Source: Methanocaldococcus sp. 16A
Lineage (GTDB): Archaea > AGJL01 > Methanococci > Methanococcales > Methanocaldococcaceae
Length of the DNA stretch: 64,000 nucleotides
Assembly: GCA_049860595.1 (NCBI GenBank)
Contig: CP187551.1
Reading direction: 5' to 3' (one strand)
Shown: piece by piece, positions 33,395-44,269 of the stretch
Layout: each line of letters starts with the position of its first letter
Position numbering within the stretch: position 1 is the first letter of the stretch
Notes under the pieces: generated by a model
The model's input: only the letters and a program-made list of their open reading frames with translations
Told to the model about the DNA's origin: nothing
Database searches by the model: none
Made by a program: the position numbers and the translations under genes

Positions 33395-33527
33395 AAATTT
33401 ATAAAAATAACTAAATTTATATATAATAAAGATATTAGAAAATACTGTCAAATTGTTTATTTATTTTTTGACTAAATTTCTATTATTTATATTTATTGTC
33501 TTTATTTGCTTGGTAGAGGGAGTAGAA

Positions 33528-34589
33528 ATGCCAGGAGAAAAAGTAAAAAATTATCTTGTTCTTGTTGTTGATATTGATGACGATATTGGGAGAAAAGCTG
33601 GCTTAAATACACCAATTTTGGGAAGAGATGAAAATATAAAGGCATTGATAAAATTGGGTTTGGCAGACCCTGGAGATAGTGATGTTAATGCAATTCTTGG
33701 GGGAGTTAAGATTTATGATGAGTTAAAAGCCAGTGGAAAAGATGTAGAAATAGCTATAATTTCTGGAGATGTTGATGTTGAATCAGAGAAGTGTGCTTTA
33801 AGATTAAAGGAGCAGATAGACTTTCTATTATATTTGTATAATCCAGATTTTATTTATTTGGTCTCTGATGGAAAAGAGGATGAAATGATTTTAAAATACT
33901 TAGAATCAAAAAATGTTTTTGTTTGGAAAAAGAGAGTTGTTGTTAAACAGAGTGAAACCTTAGAATCCACCTACTATTTGATTCAGGAATTTATAAAAAA
34001 GACTATGGAAGAATACATCCCTTTAATTTTAACATTTACAGGTTTTTCTTTGATATTATATGCGATATTTGCAGATATTGGATGGAGGATTGTTGTTGGA
34101 ATTATTGGATTGTATATATTATCAGAGGGTGTTGGTGTTAGAAAGTTATTGGCTGAAAAAATTAAAAATAAAGAAGAGTTTTCTGTGGGAAGAGTTTTTC
34201 CAATCTCAGCAACTATATCTCTGTTTATATTAATTATTGGACTTACATACTCAATAAGCTCAACTCATCAATTAACAACACTGAATGAGTTTATAGGAAA
34301 ATTTTTACTGCATTTTGTGGATTCTATGGTTTTAGCTTTGTTAATTTTAATGGTTGGAAAGTTTGTAGATAATGTTATACATTCTGAACAAAGAATCTTA
34401 GAAATCTTTAAAAAATATTTTTTCTATTTGATATGTATATTCATTACAAGAGAACTAATCATTACTGGTGGAAACTATTTGTTGGGAGAAATTGGATTTA
34501 TAACGTTTGTTATGTATGTTATAATCTATATATCTATTGCAATTATCCTCTCCGTCATATTATTTACTAAAAGTTCAGACGAGGACTAA
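33528..34589 (+). CDS. DUF373 family membrane protein
   Basis: LVVDIDDDIG, DPGDSDVN, SDGKEDE motifs; GAGGGAG RBS. Confidence 0.82.
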   Translation: MPGEKVKNYLVLVVDIDDDIGRKAGLNTPILGRDENIKALIKLGLADPGDSDVNAILGGVKIYDELKASGKDVEIAIISGDVDVESEKCALRLKEQIDFLLYLYNPDFIYLVSDGKEDEMILKYLESKNVFVWKKRVVVKQSETLESTYYLIQEFIKKTMEEYIPLILTFTGFSLILYAIFADIGWRIVVGIIGLYILSEGVGVRKLLAEKIKNKEEFSVGRVFPISATISLFILIIGLTYSISSTHQLTTLNEFIGKFLLHFVDSMVLALLILMVGKFVDNVIHSEQRILEIFKKYFFYLICIFITRELIITGGNYLLGEIGFITFVMYVIIYISIAIILSVILFTKSSDED

Positions 34590-34596
34590 ATTTAAT

Positions 34597-34708
34597 TATA
34601 GTTTTGTGCAAAAGTTTTTATAATAAATAAGGCATTAATGAATGTCTTCCTTTTGGAAGACATTCAAATTTTCCTTATAAAGTTTAGTTTATTTTGCACA
34701 AAACTATA
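34597..34708. mobile_element. Family B MITE-like element (inverted relative to the 5382 copy)
   Basis: 17-bp TIR TATAGTTTTGTGCAAAA/TTTTGCACAAAACTATA; hairpin TGAATGTCTTCC-TTTT-GGAAGACATTCA. Confidence 0.85.
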
Positions 34709-34727
34709 AACATTACAAAGGGCTAAT

Positions 34728-35681
34728 ATGATTACAGTCATTGCTATAACTAAGGATGGTAGTATTGTTGAGCCAAAATTTGATGATGTTAGTTTTGAAG
34801 ATTATAAACTTATTTGGATTGATAGTTATGACCCAAAAGATGAAGAGCTATATAAACTCTCTAAAAAAATTGGTATTTCTGTCTCTGATTTACAAATTGG
34901 TTTAGATGAACAGGAAATTCCAAGGGTAGAGGAAGATGAAGAATTTTATTTAATTATATATAAAGCTCCATTATTTGAGGAAGATATTACAACAACATCT
35001 CTTGGTATCTATATTAAAGATAATGTATTGCTAACAATTCACTCAGATAAAATAAAGGCGATTGGAAGATTACATAAATTGATATTAACAAAAAAGCCAA
35101 GGGTTATGTTTGAGAGAGGAATTGGCTTTTTGTTATATCATATACTAAATGAGATTACAAGAAGTTATTCAAGAATTTTAATTGGATTAGAGGATGAGTT
35201 AGAGGAGTTGGAGGATAGATTATTGGTTGGATATGATAGGGAAGTTATGGAAGGTATATTAAGTTTAAGAAAGACTTTAGTTTATTTTCACAAATCTTTG
35301 ATAGCTAATAGAGACGTTTTAGTTTTGTTAAAGAGGAAATATCTTCCAATAACAACAAGAGAAGATAGAGAAAACTTTGAAGATCTATACTATGACACTT
35401 TACAGTTGATTGATATGTCAGCAACTTATAGAGAGGTTTTGACATCAATGATGGATATAACTCTTTCATTAGAAAATATAAAAATGAACCAAATTATGAA
35501 GATACTAACTATGGTTACAACAATTTTCGCTGTTCCTATGTGGATTACGGGAATATATGGGATGAATTTCTCTTATTTACCTTTAGCAAGCAATCCTCAG
35601 GGTTTCTGGCTTGTAATGGCTTTGATGGTTATTACGATAATAACATTTGTCTATATATTCAGAAAGTCAGGATGGATTTAG
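34728..35681 (+). CDS. corA: Magnesium/cobalt transporter CorA
   Basis: MKILT...GIYGMNF signature. Confidence 0.95.
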   Translation: MITVIAITKDGSIVEPKFDDVSFEDYKLIWIDSYDPKDEELYKLSKKIGISVSDLQIGLDEQEIPRVEEDEEFYLIIYKAPLFEEDITTTSLGIYIKDNVLLTIHSDKIKAIGRLHKLILTKKPRVMFERGIGFLLYHILNEITRSYSRILIGLEDELEELEDRLLVGYDREVMEGILSLRKTLVYFHKSLIANRDVLVLLKRKYLPITTREDRENFEDLYYDTLQLIDMSATYREVLTSMMDITLSLENIKMNQIMKILTMVTTIFAVPMWITGIYGMNFSYLPLASNPQGFWLVMALMVITIITFVYIFRKSGWI

Positions 35682-35687
35682 AGGGAG

Positions 35688-35960
35688 ATGATGATTATTT
35701 GGCCAGCATACATTGACAAAAATAAAAGTAGGAGAGAGGGACGAAGAGTTCCAGAAGATTTAGCTATAGAAAATCCAAATTTAAGAGATATTGAGAAAGC
35801 ATTAAAAAAACTTGGGTTAGAACCAAAGATTCATAGAGAAAAGAGATATCCAAGACAACATTGGGAGATATGTGGATGTGTGGAAGTTGATTATAAAGGA
35901 AATAAACTGCAACTGTTAAAAGAGATTTGCAAAATAATAAAAGAAAAGAATAAAAAATAA
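35688..35960 (+). CDS. srp19: Signal recognition particle 19 kDa protein
   Basis: IIWPAYID..KSRREGRRVP, YPR motifs. Confidence 0.95.
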   Translation: MMIIWPAYIDKNKSRREGRRVPEDLAIENPNLRDIEKALKKLGLEPKIHREKRYPRQHWEICGCVEVDYKGNKLQLLKEICKIIKEKNKK

Positions 35961-35972
35961 AAGGAGAATTAC

Positions 35973-36806
35973 TTATTGTGGTTTTTCCATTAATGCTTTT
36001 TTACTTAATCTCTTTCCATCTGTACTGTGTGGTTTTCTGCTAACGGCATCCATTGCTTTCTCCAATTCTCTAGCTTCATCTACCAATTTGGCAGCATATC
36101 TAAGCATTTCATGAGCAGAGGCGACAATTGGAATATATTTCTCTGCCTCTTTTGTCATAAAGCATCCTTTAACATCAACATCCCCAACCTTTTCAGCAAT
36201 AACAAAGGCAGCCATTGCCTTTACCTTTGCGTAAGGGTTGGTGAATTCCATTGCCTCAACAGCTTTTTCTTCATTAATTACAATTCTTGGAAGCTCTGGC
36301 TCTTTACCTTCTTTAATTGCATCAATAACCTTGTCAATAGCCTCCTGGACAATTCTTAAAGCTCCAGTACCTGCTACAACTCTTATAATATCAGCATTAA
36401 ATAATGCCATTTCAACAGGGTCTAAGAATTCTCTTCTTGCACCAATCATTGGGTCACATTTTACAATTATATATCCTAATCCCTGCTGTTCCATCTCGTC
36501 TTTAACTCTTAAACCTGGAGCATCACCAATAATTATTGTAGGAATTCCAGATTTACTTAAAATTTCTCTTGCCTTCTTTGGACCAGGAGCAGCTGGGTTT
36601 GGCCCAACATAAATAATAAAATCAGGTTTAATGTCTTCAACCATCTTTTTAGTAACTTCTTCAACTGATTCTGGGTCCATTTTAGCCCCACTACCTAAAA
36701 TTCTAACTGCTATATCTTTTCTATCTGCTCTCTCATCCAATGCCAAATCAATAACTGGAGAGACCCCAATATTACCACACTTTATTATTCCTATTTTTAC
36801 TACCAA
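35973..36806 (-). CDS. mtd: F420-dependent methylene-H4MPT dehydrogenase
   Basis: KCGNIG, LDERADR, GSGAKM, MIGARREFLDP; TTG start at 36806 behind GGTGA. Confidence 0.95.
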   Translation of the reverse strand: MVVKIGIIKCGNIGVSPVIDLALDERADRKDIAVRILGSGAKMDPESVEEVTKKMVEDIKPDFIIYVGPNPAAPGPKKAREILSKSGIPTIIIGDAPGLRVKDEMEQQGLGYIIVKCDPMIGARREFLDPVEMALFNADIIRVVAGTGALRIVQEAIDKVIDAIKEGKEPELPRIVINEEKAVEAMEFTNPYAKVKAMAAFVIAEKVGDVDVKGCFMTKEAEKYIPIVASAHEMLRYAAKLVDEARELEKAMDAVSRKPHSTDGKRLSKKALMEKPQ

Positions 36807-37088
36807 AATATCACCATTTTTAATACTTAATATGCATATTAGTATTATCAACACTAAGTCCAATAAATATTTTACTAATTATTTAGAGTATTCCTTTAAT
36901 ATAAATATTTTTTGGAACTTATTATTAAAAAATAATAACTATTAGCTTAATTAATATCCAATATTAGAAATCTTAATATGATTGACATTCGCTAAGCTAA
37001 AAAAATACAAAAAATACAATGTACAATATATATAAAATAATAAGAATATTAAAAATTAAAATAAGAAATACCTAACTTGGTGTATTTT

Positions 37089-37785
37089 ATGGATGTAATT
37101 CCAATATTTATTGCAATTTTAAGCTTTATTGTTATGTGTATTGGAGAAATTTTAGCATATTGCTCTGTATCTCTAAAAATATAAATATGAATTTGAAGCA
37201 ATTTCTTTTGGGTTTATATTTGGAGTTGCAACTCTAATACTAATTCCAAAATCATATTCTGATATGTTTGTATTGTATGTAATTTTTGGGATGATAACTG
37301 TTTATCTTATTGAAAGATATCTTGCATATTGTCCATTATCAAAAAAATACTGTGTAGAGTGTGATAACTTAGAAGGAGAGCTTAAAATTAAATTTATTTA
37401 TCCAATATCATTCTTTATCCATACGTTTATAGATGGGTTGATAATTGCTGTCTCTTATATAAGTGAGATAGGGCTTCCTCTGTATCTTGCTATATTGATG
37501 CATAAACTCCCAGCTGGATTTGTTTTAATTTCTCCATTAAAAGGAGTTTATAAAAATCCTCTCTATCCAGGGGTTATTGTGTCATTTGGAACTGTTCTTG
37601 GGACAATAGTGGGATTGATGACTTTAAAGGATGTACCTACAAAGATATTGTTAGCATTTTCTGGAGGAGTGTTTTTAGGAGCATTTCTTATGCTTGCTCC
37701 CCATATCTATGAGCATAAAGAGGAAAAAACGTTCTTATATGTTCTATTAGGATATATATTGGTTGGAATCATCGCATTGCATTAA
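37089..37785 (+). pseudogene. ZIP-family metal transporter with a +1 frameshift (pseudogene or sequencing error)
   Basis: ATG 37089 frame stops after ...VSLKI; deleting one A from the A5 run at 37175-37179 joins it to ORF 37264-37785 (HTFIDG, HKLP motifs). Confidence 0.8.
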
Positions 37786-37791
37786 GTACAA

Positions 37792-37860
37792 TAGGATTTT
37801 TGTAGAAATAAATTTTTAAAGTAATAATAGGTTGAATGCAGAAATATAATTTATTTGAAT
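37792..37860. repeat. Truncated A left end followed by C left end
   Basis: TAGGATTTTTGTAGAAATAA then ATAATAGGTTGAATGCAGAAA (cf. C at 58409). Confidence 0.5.
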
Positions 37861-37935
37861 ATATTAGGACAAACGTATAAGTATTATTACCAAATACTAT
37901 TTCTGAAGCTAAAATTATCTTTTGGGGTGTCTATC

Positions 37936-39141
37936 TTGAAGAAATATAAAGACATGTATCCAGATGAAAATGGAAAATTTGGTATATATGGAGGTAAATT
38001 CGTTCCAGAAACATTAGTTCCAGCTATAACTGAATTAGAAGAGGCATTTAAAAGATTTTGGATAAACAATGAAGGAAACTTTAGAGAGGAGTATTATGCT
38101 TTATTGAGGGATTATGTTGGAAGACCTACTCCATTATACTATGCTGAAAGATTGAGTGAAGAGCTTGGCTGTAAAGTTTATTTAAAGAGAGAGGATTTAG
38201 CTCATTTAGGAGCTCATAAAATAAATAACGCTTTAGGACAAGCTTTATTAGCTAAAAAAATGGGTAAGAAGAGAGTCATAGCAGAAACAGGAGCTGGGCA
38301 GCATGGAGTTGCTACTGCAGCAGCATGTGCTAAGCTTGGGTTGGAATGCATAATATATATGGGAGCTAAGGATGTTGAAAGGCAAAAGTTGAATGTTTTT
38401 AGGATGGAGTTGATGGGAGCTAAAGTAGTTCCTGTATTTGGTGGCTCACAGACATTAAAAGATGCTGTAAATGAAGCTTTAAGGGATTGGACAACTAATG
38501 TTAGAACAACTTATTATTTGCTTGGTTCTGCTTTAGGTCCTCATCCATATCCAATGATGGTTAGAGAGTTTCAAAGAGTTATAGGTAAAGAGATTAGAGA
38601 GCAAATATTAGAGAAAGAGGGAAGATTGCCAGATGTTATTATTGCATGTGTTGGAGGAGGAAGTAATGCTATAGGAGCATTTTACGAGTTTTTAGATGAT
38701 GATGTTGAACTCTATGCTGTTGAAGCTGGAGGAAAAGGAATTGAAACAGGAATGCATGGAGCTTCATTATGTGCTGGAGAAGTTGGAGTTTTACATGGGG
38801 CTAAGATTTATGTTAAAGAGGATGAGTTTGGGCAGATAGAAGAAAGTTACAGTATTTCTGCTGGATTGGATTATCCTGGAGTAGGGCCTGAGCTTTCATT
38901 TTTAAAGGATGAAGGAAGAATTAAGGCAGTTTATGTAACAGATGACGAAGCTTTAGAGGCATTTCAATTACTTTGTAGGTTAGAGGGAATCTTGCCAGCA
39001 TTAGAAAGCTCTCATGCATTAGCTTATGCTGTTAAATTGGCTGATAAGTTGGATAAAGATGATGTAATGGTTATAAATCTGTCTGGTAGAGGAGATAAGG
39101 ATGTTCAGACAGTTGCTAAAGCTTTAGGGAGGGAGATTTAA
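37936..39141 (+). CDS. trpB: Tryptophan synthase beta chain
   Basis: [27 protein letters not shown] motifs. Confidence 0.97.
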   Translation: MKKYKDMYPDENGKFGIYGGKFVPETLVPAITELEEAFKRFWINNEGNFREEYYALLRDYVGRPTPLYYAERLSEELGCKVYLKREDLAHLGAHKINNALGQALLAKKMGKKRVIAETGAGQHGVATAAACAKLGLECIIYMGAKDVERQKLNVFRMELMGAKVVPVFGGSQTLKDAVNEALRDWTTNVRTTYYLLGSALGPHPYPMMVREFQRVIGKEIREQILEKEGRLPDVIIACVGGGSNAIGAFYEFLDDDVELYAVEAGGKGIETGMHGASLCAGEVGVLHGAKIYVKEDEFGQIEESYSISAGLDYPGVGPELSFLKDEGRIKAVYVTDDEALEAFQLLCRLEGILPALESSHALAYAVKLADKLDKDDVMVINLSGRGDKDVQTVAKALGREI

Positions 39142-39186
39142 AAAATACATAGCTTATTATTTTATTAAAAGTTTCGAGGGAGGATT

Positions 39187-40026
39187 ATGAAATTATCAGA
39201 AAAATTTGAAGAGTTAAAAAACAAAGGAGAAAAGGCATTTGTTGCATTTTATGTTGGAGGAGACCCAAACTTAGAGATTTCAGAAAAGGCGTTAGAAGTT
39301 ATTTGTAAACATGCAGATATTGTTGAGATAGGTATTCCATTTTCTGACCCTGTTGCAGATGGAATTACAATACAAAAAGCAGATGATAGAGCTTTAAACA
39401 GTGGGATGAATCCTTTAAAAGCATTTGAATTAGCTAAAAAATTGAATAAGAAGTTTCCAAACACTCCAAAGGTGTTTTTAACTTATTATAATATTATATT
39501 TAAAATGGGTGAGGAAGAGTTTGTTAAAAAATGTAAAGAGGTTGGAATTGCAGGGATTATAGTTCCTGATTTACCAATTGAGGAAGCAGATAGCTTATAC
39601 AATTACTGTAAAAAGTATGAGGTTGATTTAATATTTTTGGTTGCACCAACAACACCAGACGATAGGCTTAAAAAAATTTTAGAGAAGTGTAGGGGATTTG
39701 TTTATGTTGTTTCTGTAACTGGAATTACCGGAGCAAGAGAAAAAGTAGCTGAAGAGACAAAAGAGCTGATTAGAAGAGTTAAAAAGTTTTCAAAAATCCC
39801 TGCCTGTGTAGGATTTGGAATATCAAAGAGAGAGCATGTTGAAGAAATAACTGAGATAGCAGATGGAGCTATTGTAGGTAGTGCGATTGTTAAGATTGTT
39901 GAGAAACATTTAGATGAAAATAACAAAATAAAAGATGAAAAGAAATTCCTAAAAGAATTGGAAGAGTTTGTTAAAAATCTAAAGGAAGGGACTAAAAAAA
40001 AGGTTAAGGTAGCTATAAAAAATTAA
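39187..40026 (+). CDS. trpA: Tryptophan synthase alpha chain
   Basis: EIGIPFSDPVADG, GFGIS, IVGSA motifs. Confidence 0.97.
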   Translation: MKLSEKFEELKNKGEKAFVAFYVGGDPNLEISEKALEVICKHADIVEIGIPFSDPVADGITIQKADDRALNSGMNPLKAFELAKKLNKKFPNTPKVFLTYYNIIFKMGEEEFVKKCKEVGIAGIIVPDLPIEEADSLYNYCKKYEVDLIFLVAPTTPDDRLKKILEKCRGFVYVVSVTGITGAREKVAEETKELIRRVKKFSKIPACVGFGISKREHVEEITEIADGAIVGSAIVKIVEKHLDENNKIKDEKKFLKELEEFVKNLKEGTKKKVKVAIKN

Positions 40027-40196
40027 CAAAAAATTTAAATATAAAAATATTTCTATAAAATAATAAAAGTAAAAAATAAATATGAGAAAGAAATATTTCT
40101 AAGGATGCATCACAGTTATCTCTATCTCACGTAGTCTCTTTTTTTAATTTTATTGTTTTTATAGTATTTAAATAAAACTGTAAGGGAGGAGTAACC

Positions 40197-40433
40197 TTGA
40201 AGGTCACAGACCATATATTGGTGCCAAAGCATGAAATAGTTCCTAAAGAAGAAGTTGAAGAGATTTTAAGGAGATATAATATAAAGATTCAGCAACTACC
40301 AAAAATTTATGAAGATGACCCTGTTATTCAAGAGATTGGTGCTAAAGAGGGGGATGTTATTAGAATAATTAGAAAAAGTCCAACAGCAGGAGTTAGTGTA
40401 GCTTATAGATTAGTTATTAAACGAATTATTTAA
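40197..40433 (+). CDS. rpoH: RNA polymerase subunit H (Rpo5)
   Basis: HILVPKH, LPKI...DPV, SPTAG motifs. Confidence 0.97.
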   Translation: MKVTDHILVPKHEIVPKEEVEEILRRYNIKIQQLPKIYEDDPVIQEIGAKEGDVIRIIRKSPTAGVSVAYRLVIKRII

Positions 40434-40436
40434 AAA

Positions 40437-40638
40437 GAAACTTTTAGAAAAAGTTTCATCAAAAATTTTGGGGTATACCAATAGGGGCGTAGCCCCTATG
40501 GTTCGGGATACCCTTGGGGAGTATAGCAATAGAGGGGCATAGCCCCTCTATGCGGGTAGAGCAATAGGGGGTGAAACCCCCTATGGTTAGGAAAAGTTTC
40601 ATCAAAACGGATGCATTATTTAAGCTCTTAAATAATGC
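40437..40638. repeat. GC-rich triple-hairpin cassette flanked by 21-bp direct repeats, with AT-rich hairpins on both sides
   Basis: Hairpins at 40481-40499, 40529-40551, 40564-40584; direct repeats 40444-40464 and 40587-40607 (20/21 identical); outer hairpins 40437-40457 and 40613-40638. Confidence 0.85.
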
Positions 40639-40670
40639 CTTGATTATCTTAAAAAATATAGGTGGCAATT

Positions 40671-42164
40671 ATGAGAGAATTAGTAGATGCTTATTTTAAA
40701 GAACATGGTTTAATAGACCACCAGATAGAGTCATATAACGATTTTGTAGAAAATAGATTACAAAAAATTATTGATGAAGTTGGTTATATTGAGACAGAGA
40801 TTTCTGGCGGGTATAAAGTTAAATTAGGAAAAATTAAAGTAGGGAAACCGGTTATTAAAGAAGCTGATGGTTCAATAAGACCAATAACTCCAATGGAGGC
40901 AAGAATTAGAGATTTAACATATTCAGTTCCTTTATATTTAGAAATGACTCCTATTATTGGTGAAGGAGAAAATGCGAGAGAAGGAGATACAGTTGAGGTT
41001 TATATTGGAGAACTTCCAGTAATGCTTGGCTCTAAGATTTGCCACTTGTATGGAAAATCAAGAGAGGAACTTATAGAGCTTGGAGAAGACCCTGAAGACC
41101 CATTTGGCTATTTTATAATTAATGGTACTGAGAAAGTTTTGATTACTCAAGAAGATTTAATTCCAAATAGAATTTTGTGTGAGAAAGCAGAGAGAAGTGG
41201 AAAGATTGTAGATGTTGCAAAAGTATTTTCAACAAGACATGGATTTAGAGCTCTATGTACAGTTGAGAGACATCCTGATGGTTTATTGTATGCTACATTC
41301 CCTGGAATGCCTGGGCAGATTCCATTGGTTATATTAATGAAAGCACTTGGGGCTGAGACAGATAAAGACATTATTGAGGCAATTAATGATGAAAGATTCT
41401 TTATGGAGATTGTTTTAAATATCCAAGAGATTAGGGAAGAGCACAATATAAACACTCCTGAAGAAGCTTTAGAATTTATTGGAAAAAGAGTGGCTCCAGG
41501 TCAGGCAAAAGATTATAGATTAAAGAGAGCAGAAACAGTTTTATGTAACTATCTATTGCCTCATTTGGGAGTTACAAAAGAAGATTTCCCAAAGAAAATT
41601 AGATTCTTAGGAATAATGGCAAGAAACGCTTTAGAACTTTACTTTGGATATAGAGGAGAGGATGATAAAGACCATTACGCATATAAAAGAGCTAAATTGG
41701 CTGGAGATTTGATGGAAGATTTGTTCAGATATGCTTTCAGCCAACTTGTTAAGGATATTAAATATCAATTAGAAAGGCAGACATTAAGGAATAAAACACC
41801 ATCAATTCAAGCAGCTGTAAGAAGCGATATATTAACTGAAAGAATTAAGCATGCTATGGCAACAGGAACATGGGTTGGAGGAAAAACTGGGGTTAGTCAG
41901 CTTTTAGATAGAACAAGTTACTTGGCAACAAATTCCCAATTGAGAAGAATTGTCTCACCATTATCAAGGTCACAGCCACACTTTGAGGCAAGAGAGTTGC
42001 ATGGAACTCATTGGGGTAAAATCTGTCCATCAGAAACTCCAGAAGGACCAAACTGTGGTCTTGTTAAAAACTTTGCTATAATGTGTAAGGTTACAAGAGA
42101 AGAAGAGGATAGTAAAGTTATTGAGCTATTAAAATCATTTGGAATTAATGAGTATCAATCATAA
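40671..42164 (+). CDS. rpoB2: RNA polymerase subunit B'' (Rpo2N)
   Basis: GYFIINGTEKV, GVSQLLDR, CPSETPEG motifs. Confidence 0.97.
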   Translation: MRELVDAYFKEHGLIDHQIESYNDFVENRLQKIIDEVGYIETEISGGYKVKLGKIKVGKPVIKEADGSIRPITPMEARIRDLTYSVPLYLEMTPIIGEGENAREGDTVEVYIGELPVMLGSKICHLYGKSREELIELGEDPEDPFGYFIINGTEKVLITQEDLIPNRILCEKAERSGKIVDVAKVFSTRHGFRALCTVERHPDGLLYATFPGMPGQIPLVILMKALGAETDKDIIEAINDERFFMEIVLNIQEIREEHNINTPEEALEFIGKRVAPGQAKDYRLKRAETVLCNYLLPHLGVTKEDFPKKIRFLGIMARNALELYFGYRGEDDKDHYAYKRAKLAGDLMEDLFRYAFSQLVKDIKYQLERQTLRNKTPSIQAAVRSDILTERIKHAMATGTWVGGKTGVSQLLDRTSYLATNSQLRRIVSPLSRSQPHFEARELHGTHWGKICPSETPEGPNCGLVKNFAIMCKVTREEEDSKVIELLKSFGINEYQS

Positions 42165-42245
42165 TTAGGATTTTTATTATTACATTTTACATTTTTAGAT
42201 TTTTTAAATGTCTTAAAATCATAACTAATAAAAAATCATTCTTAG

Positions 42246-44156
42246 GTGAAAAACTTGGCATCAAGGGAAGTAAATATTTATGTTAATGGAAAATTAGTTG
42301 GAACTACTGACAAACCTGAAGAACTTGTTGAGTATATTAGAGAAGCAAGAAGAAAAGGAGAACTCCCTCAATACACTACCGTTGTATATTATGAAGAAAA
42401 TAATGATATACACATAAACACGGACGCTGGGAGAATTGTTAGACCATTAATTGTTGTAGAGAATGGAAAACCAAAATTAACCAAAGAACATATTGAAAAA
42501 TTGAAAAAAGGAGAAATTACATTCTCAGATTTAGTTAAAGAAGGCGTCATCGAGTATTTGGATGCTGAAGAAGAGGAAAATGCTTATATTGCTCTATCAG
42601 AAGAGGAATTAACTGAGAAACACACACACTTGGAGATTGACCCTCTCACTATATTAGGTATTGGGGCGGGAGTAGCTCCTTACCCTGAGCACAACTCTGC
42701 TCCAAGAATTACAATGGCTGCAGCGATGGGGAAGCAGTCATTAGGAATTCCAATGAGTAACATAAAATGGAGATTAGATACAAGGGGGCATTATCTCCAC
42801 TATCCACAAGTGCCAATTGTTAGAACAAAACATCAAGAGATTTTAGGGTTCGATAAAAGACCGGCAGGGCAGAACTTCGTTGTAGCTATTATGAGCTATG
42901 AAGGATACAACATGGAGGATGCTATTGTATTCAACAAATCAGCAATTGATAGAGGTTTGGGGAGAAGTACTTTCTTCAGAACCTATGATGCTTGTGAGAG
43001 AAGGTATCCTGGAGGACAAATGGATAGGTTTGAAATTCCTGATAAGGGAGTTAGGGGCTATAGGTCAGAAGAAGCATATATTCATTTAGAAGAGGATGGA
43101 ATTGCTGCTGTAGAAGCTCATGTAAAAGGTGGAGATGTAATTGTTGGGAAAACCTCTCCTCCAAGATTCTTAGAGGAGCATGAGATAACAATCCAAGTTA
43201 AACCACAGAGAAGAGATTCATCAGTTGTCGTAAGACACGGAGAGGAAGGTTATATTGATAAAGTTATACTAACTGAAACAAAAGAAGGAAACAGATTAGT
43301 TAAAGTTAAAGTTAGAGATTTGAGAATTCCAGAATTAGGGGATAAATTCGCTTCAAGACATGGGCAGAAAGGAGTTATGGGACTTACAGTTCCACAAGAA
43401 GATTTACCTTTTACTGAGAGTGGGATAGTCCCTGATATCATAATTAACCCTCATGCAATTCCATCAAGAATGACCGTTGGACAGTTATTGGAGATGCTTG
43501 GAGGTAAAGTAGGAGCTTTGGAGGGAAGAAGGATAGATGGAACTATATTTAGCGGAGAGAAAGAGTGGGATTTAAGAAAAGCTTTAGAGGCTTTAGGATT
43601 TAAACATCACGGTAAAGAAGTTATGTATGATGGAAAAACTGGGAAGAAGTTTGAAGTAGAGATTTACATTGGAATAGCATACTATCAAAAATTACACCAC
43701 TTAGTTGCTGGAAAGATACACGCAAGAAGTAGAGGGCCTGTCCAAGTGCTAACAAGACAACCAACAGAGGGTAGAGCAAGAGAAGGAGGTTTAAGGTTTG
43801 GAGAGATGGAGAGGGATGTTTTAATTGGTCATGGAGCAGCTATGCTATTAAAAGAAAGGCTTATGGATGAATCAGACCCTTACGATATCTGTATATGTTC
43901 AAAATGTGGGGACTTTGCAATATTAGATTACAAGAGAAACATAAAATACTGTCCAATATGTGGTGAAATTGAGAACTTATACAATTCCAAGAAGATTCCA
44001 TTTGTTAGAATACCTTATGCATTTAAGCTGTTGTTAGATGAGTTGAAGAGTATGTGTATCTTACCAAAACTTAAAGTTAAAGATAAAGTTGAATTAGAAG
44101 ATTTTGAAGAGTTTGTTGAAAACTTAGAAAAAGAAAAAGTTGAGCAAAAACAATAA
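42246..44156 (+). CDS. rpoB1: RNA polymerase subunit B' (Rpo2C)
   Basis: [26 protein letters not shown] motifs. Confidence 0.97.
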   Translation: MKNLASREVNIYVNGKLVGTTDKPEELVEYIREARRKGELPQYTTVVYYEENNDIHINTDAGRIVRPLIVVENGKPKLTKEHIEKLKKGEITFSDLVKEGVIEYLDAEEEENAYIALSEEELTEKHTHLEIDPLTILGIGAGVAPYPEHNSAPRITMAAAMGKQSLGIPMSNIKWRLDTRGHYLHYPQVPIVRTKHQEILGFDKRPAGQNFVVAIMSYEGYNMEDAIVFNKSAIDRGLGRSTFFRTYDACERRYPGGQMDRFEIPDKGVRGYRSEEAYIHLEEDGIAAVEAHVKGGDVIVGKTSPPRFLEEHEITIQVKPQRRDSSVVVRHGEEGYIDKVILTETKEGNRLVKVKVRDLRIPELGDKFASRHGQKGVMGLTVPQEDLPFTESGIVPDIIINPHAIPSRMTVGQLLEMLGGKVGALEGRRIDGTIFSGEKEWDLRKALEALGFKHHGKEVMYDGKTGKKFEVEIYIGIAYYQKLHHLVAGKIHARSRGPVQVLTRQPTEGRAREGGLRFGEMERDVLIGHGAAMLLKERLMDESDPYDICICSKCGDFAILDYKRNIKYCPICGEIENLYNSKKIPFVRIPYAFKLLLDELKSMCILPKLKVKDKVELEDFEEFVENLEKEKVEQKQ

Positions 44157-44269
44157 ACCATTGCCATATTATTTAAATTTTCAATCTAATTGGCTATCAA
44201 TAATTTAAATGAAAGTAATTTAAATAAAAAAAGAAAAAATAAGCAAATCCTTAACTTTTGGTGATGTTG

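Noticed and set aside
40101-40140. AGGATGCATCAC... upstream of rpoH resembling GGATGCAT at 40609
   Set aside because: Only an 8-nt match with no intact stem; not supportable as a feature.
40470-40590. Possible mini-CRISPR, tRNA or SECIS
   Set aside because: Units vary in length with spacers of only about 4-20 nt, there is no cloverleaf or cas gene, and no in-frame UGA gene is nearby.
40459-40668. 69-aa minus-strand ORF across the GC-rich cassette
   Set aside because: Explained by the low stop-codon frequency of the GC-rich hairpins; antisense within the rpo operon.
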